NCBI GenBank assembly: GCA_012295275.1
Contig: CM022672.1
Span: 7,998,001 to 8,062,000, forward strand
Length of the DNA: 64,000 nucleotides
DNA from: Chrysomallon squamiferum
Lineage: Eukaryota > Animalia > Mollusca
Direction of reading: 5' to 3'
Both the position numbers and the translations under genes were made by a program. Below are positions 63,516-64,000 of this stretch, one piece after another (position 1 is the stretch's first letter; each line of letters starts with the position of its first letter). The notes beneath the pieces are model-generated. The model saw only the letters and a list, made by a program, of their open reading frames with translations, had not been told where the DNA came from and did not search any database.

Positions 63516-63724
63516 AAGTCTCTACGCGATTTTAGGAATAACAGCTCTATCCAAAATATTTACGAACGAATTAAAATAAATTAATAGGACCATAGGACCA
63601 AAACACACTGTAATAAACATTACAATAGTCAATTTTAAGTTAATTCGAATCCCTAGAGATAAAATTAGAAAATGATTAATTTGTTTAAGTAATAAAATAA
63701 TTTCCTGTGCCAGTGCGTTCTTTA

Positions 63725-64000
63725 ATTCATACATACATACATACATACATATCTATATGCTCCCATACACATATGATATACTTCTCTCACTCTCTCTAAG
63801 TTCGAATGTACGGAATATAATTATCTGACTGTGTAAACACTTTACAGTGTGTCAGCGTTTTGTTCCTGTTCAATATGGTTCACTTTCTGCGTATACGCCT
63901 CTGGAATTTAAATATTGGCTCATTCATTTGTCAAACTAATTTACTCAATACAAAAAAAGAGTAAATATAGACACGACACCAGTTAAGAACGTGCAAAATA
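63725..64000 (+). repeat. Duplicate of SRCR-ZP gene intronic DNA (46850-47056 joined to ~47430-47482)
   Basis: Near-identical ~200-bp match (CATACACATATGATATACTTCTCTC...TCAAACTAATTTAC), then GTAAATA(T/C)AGACACGACA(C/G)CAGTTAA(G/A)AACGTG. Confidence 0.85.

Overview
AT-rich, microsatellite-dense animal genomic DNA with GT-AG introns. It is probably a lophotrochozoan such as a mollusc (an inference). Most entries in the ORF track are microsatellite artefacts, so genes were rebuilt exon by exon by checking splice sites and phases. Four genes for surface or secreted proteins are present: (1) a 5'-partial prominin, + strand, 450-11441; (2) a secreted chitin-binding mucin, - strand, 32850-14884, with a signal peptide, seven 8-Cys peritrophin-A/CBM14 exons alternating with six Thr/Ser linker exons, and a ~9.2-kb terminal exon of ~34 x 270-bp units that encode a strict Thr-Ser-(Ala/Gln/Pro) tripeptide polymer of ~1000 tripeptides, which the ORF track misses entirely; (3) an SRCR-SRCR-ZP (DMBT1-like) protein, - strand, 48517-39728; (4) head-to-head with gene 3, an EGF/furin-repeat-FN3 receptor tyrosine phosphatase, + strand, 49710-61892, with an almost intronless cytoplasmic half, a frameshift at the end of its TM helix and non-canonical catalytic motifs. 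The window also holds a hAT MITE with an 8-bp TSD, a tRNA-derived SINE head, a Penelope-like GIY-YIG relic, several minisatellites built from splice junctions, and an exon-deleted duplicate of SRCR-gene intronic DNA at the right edge.
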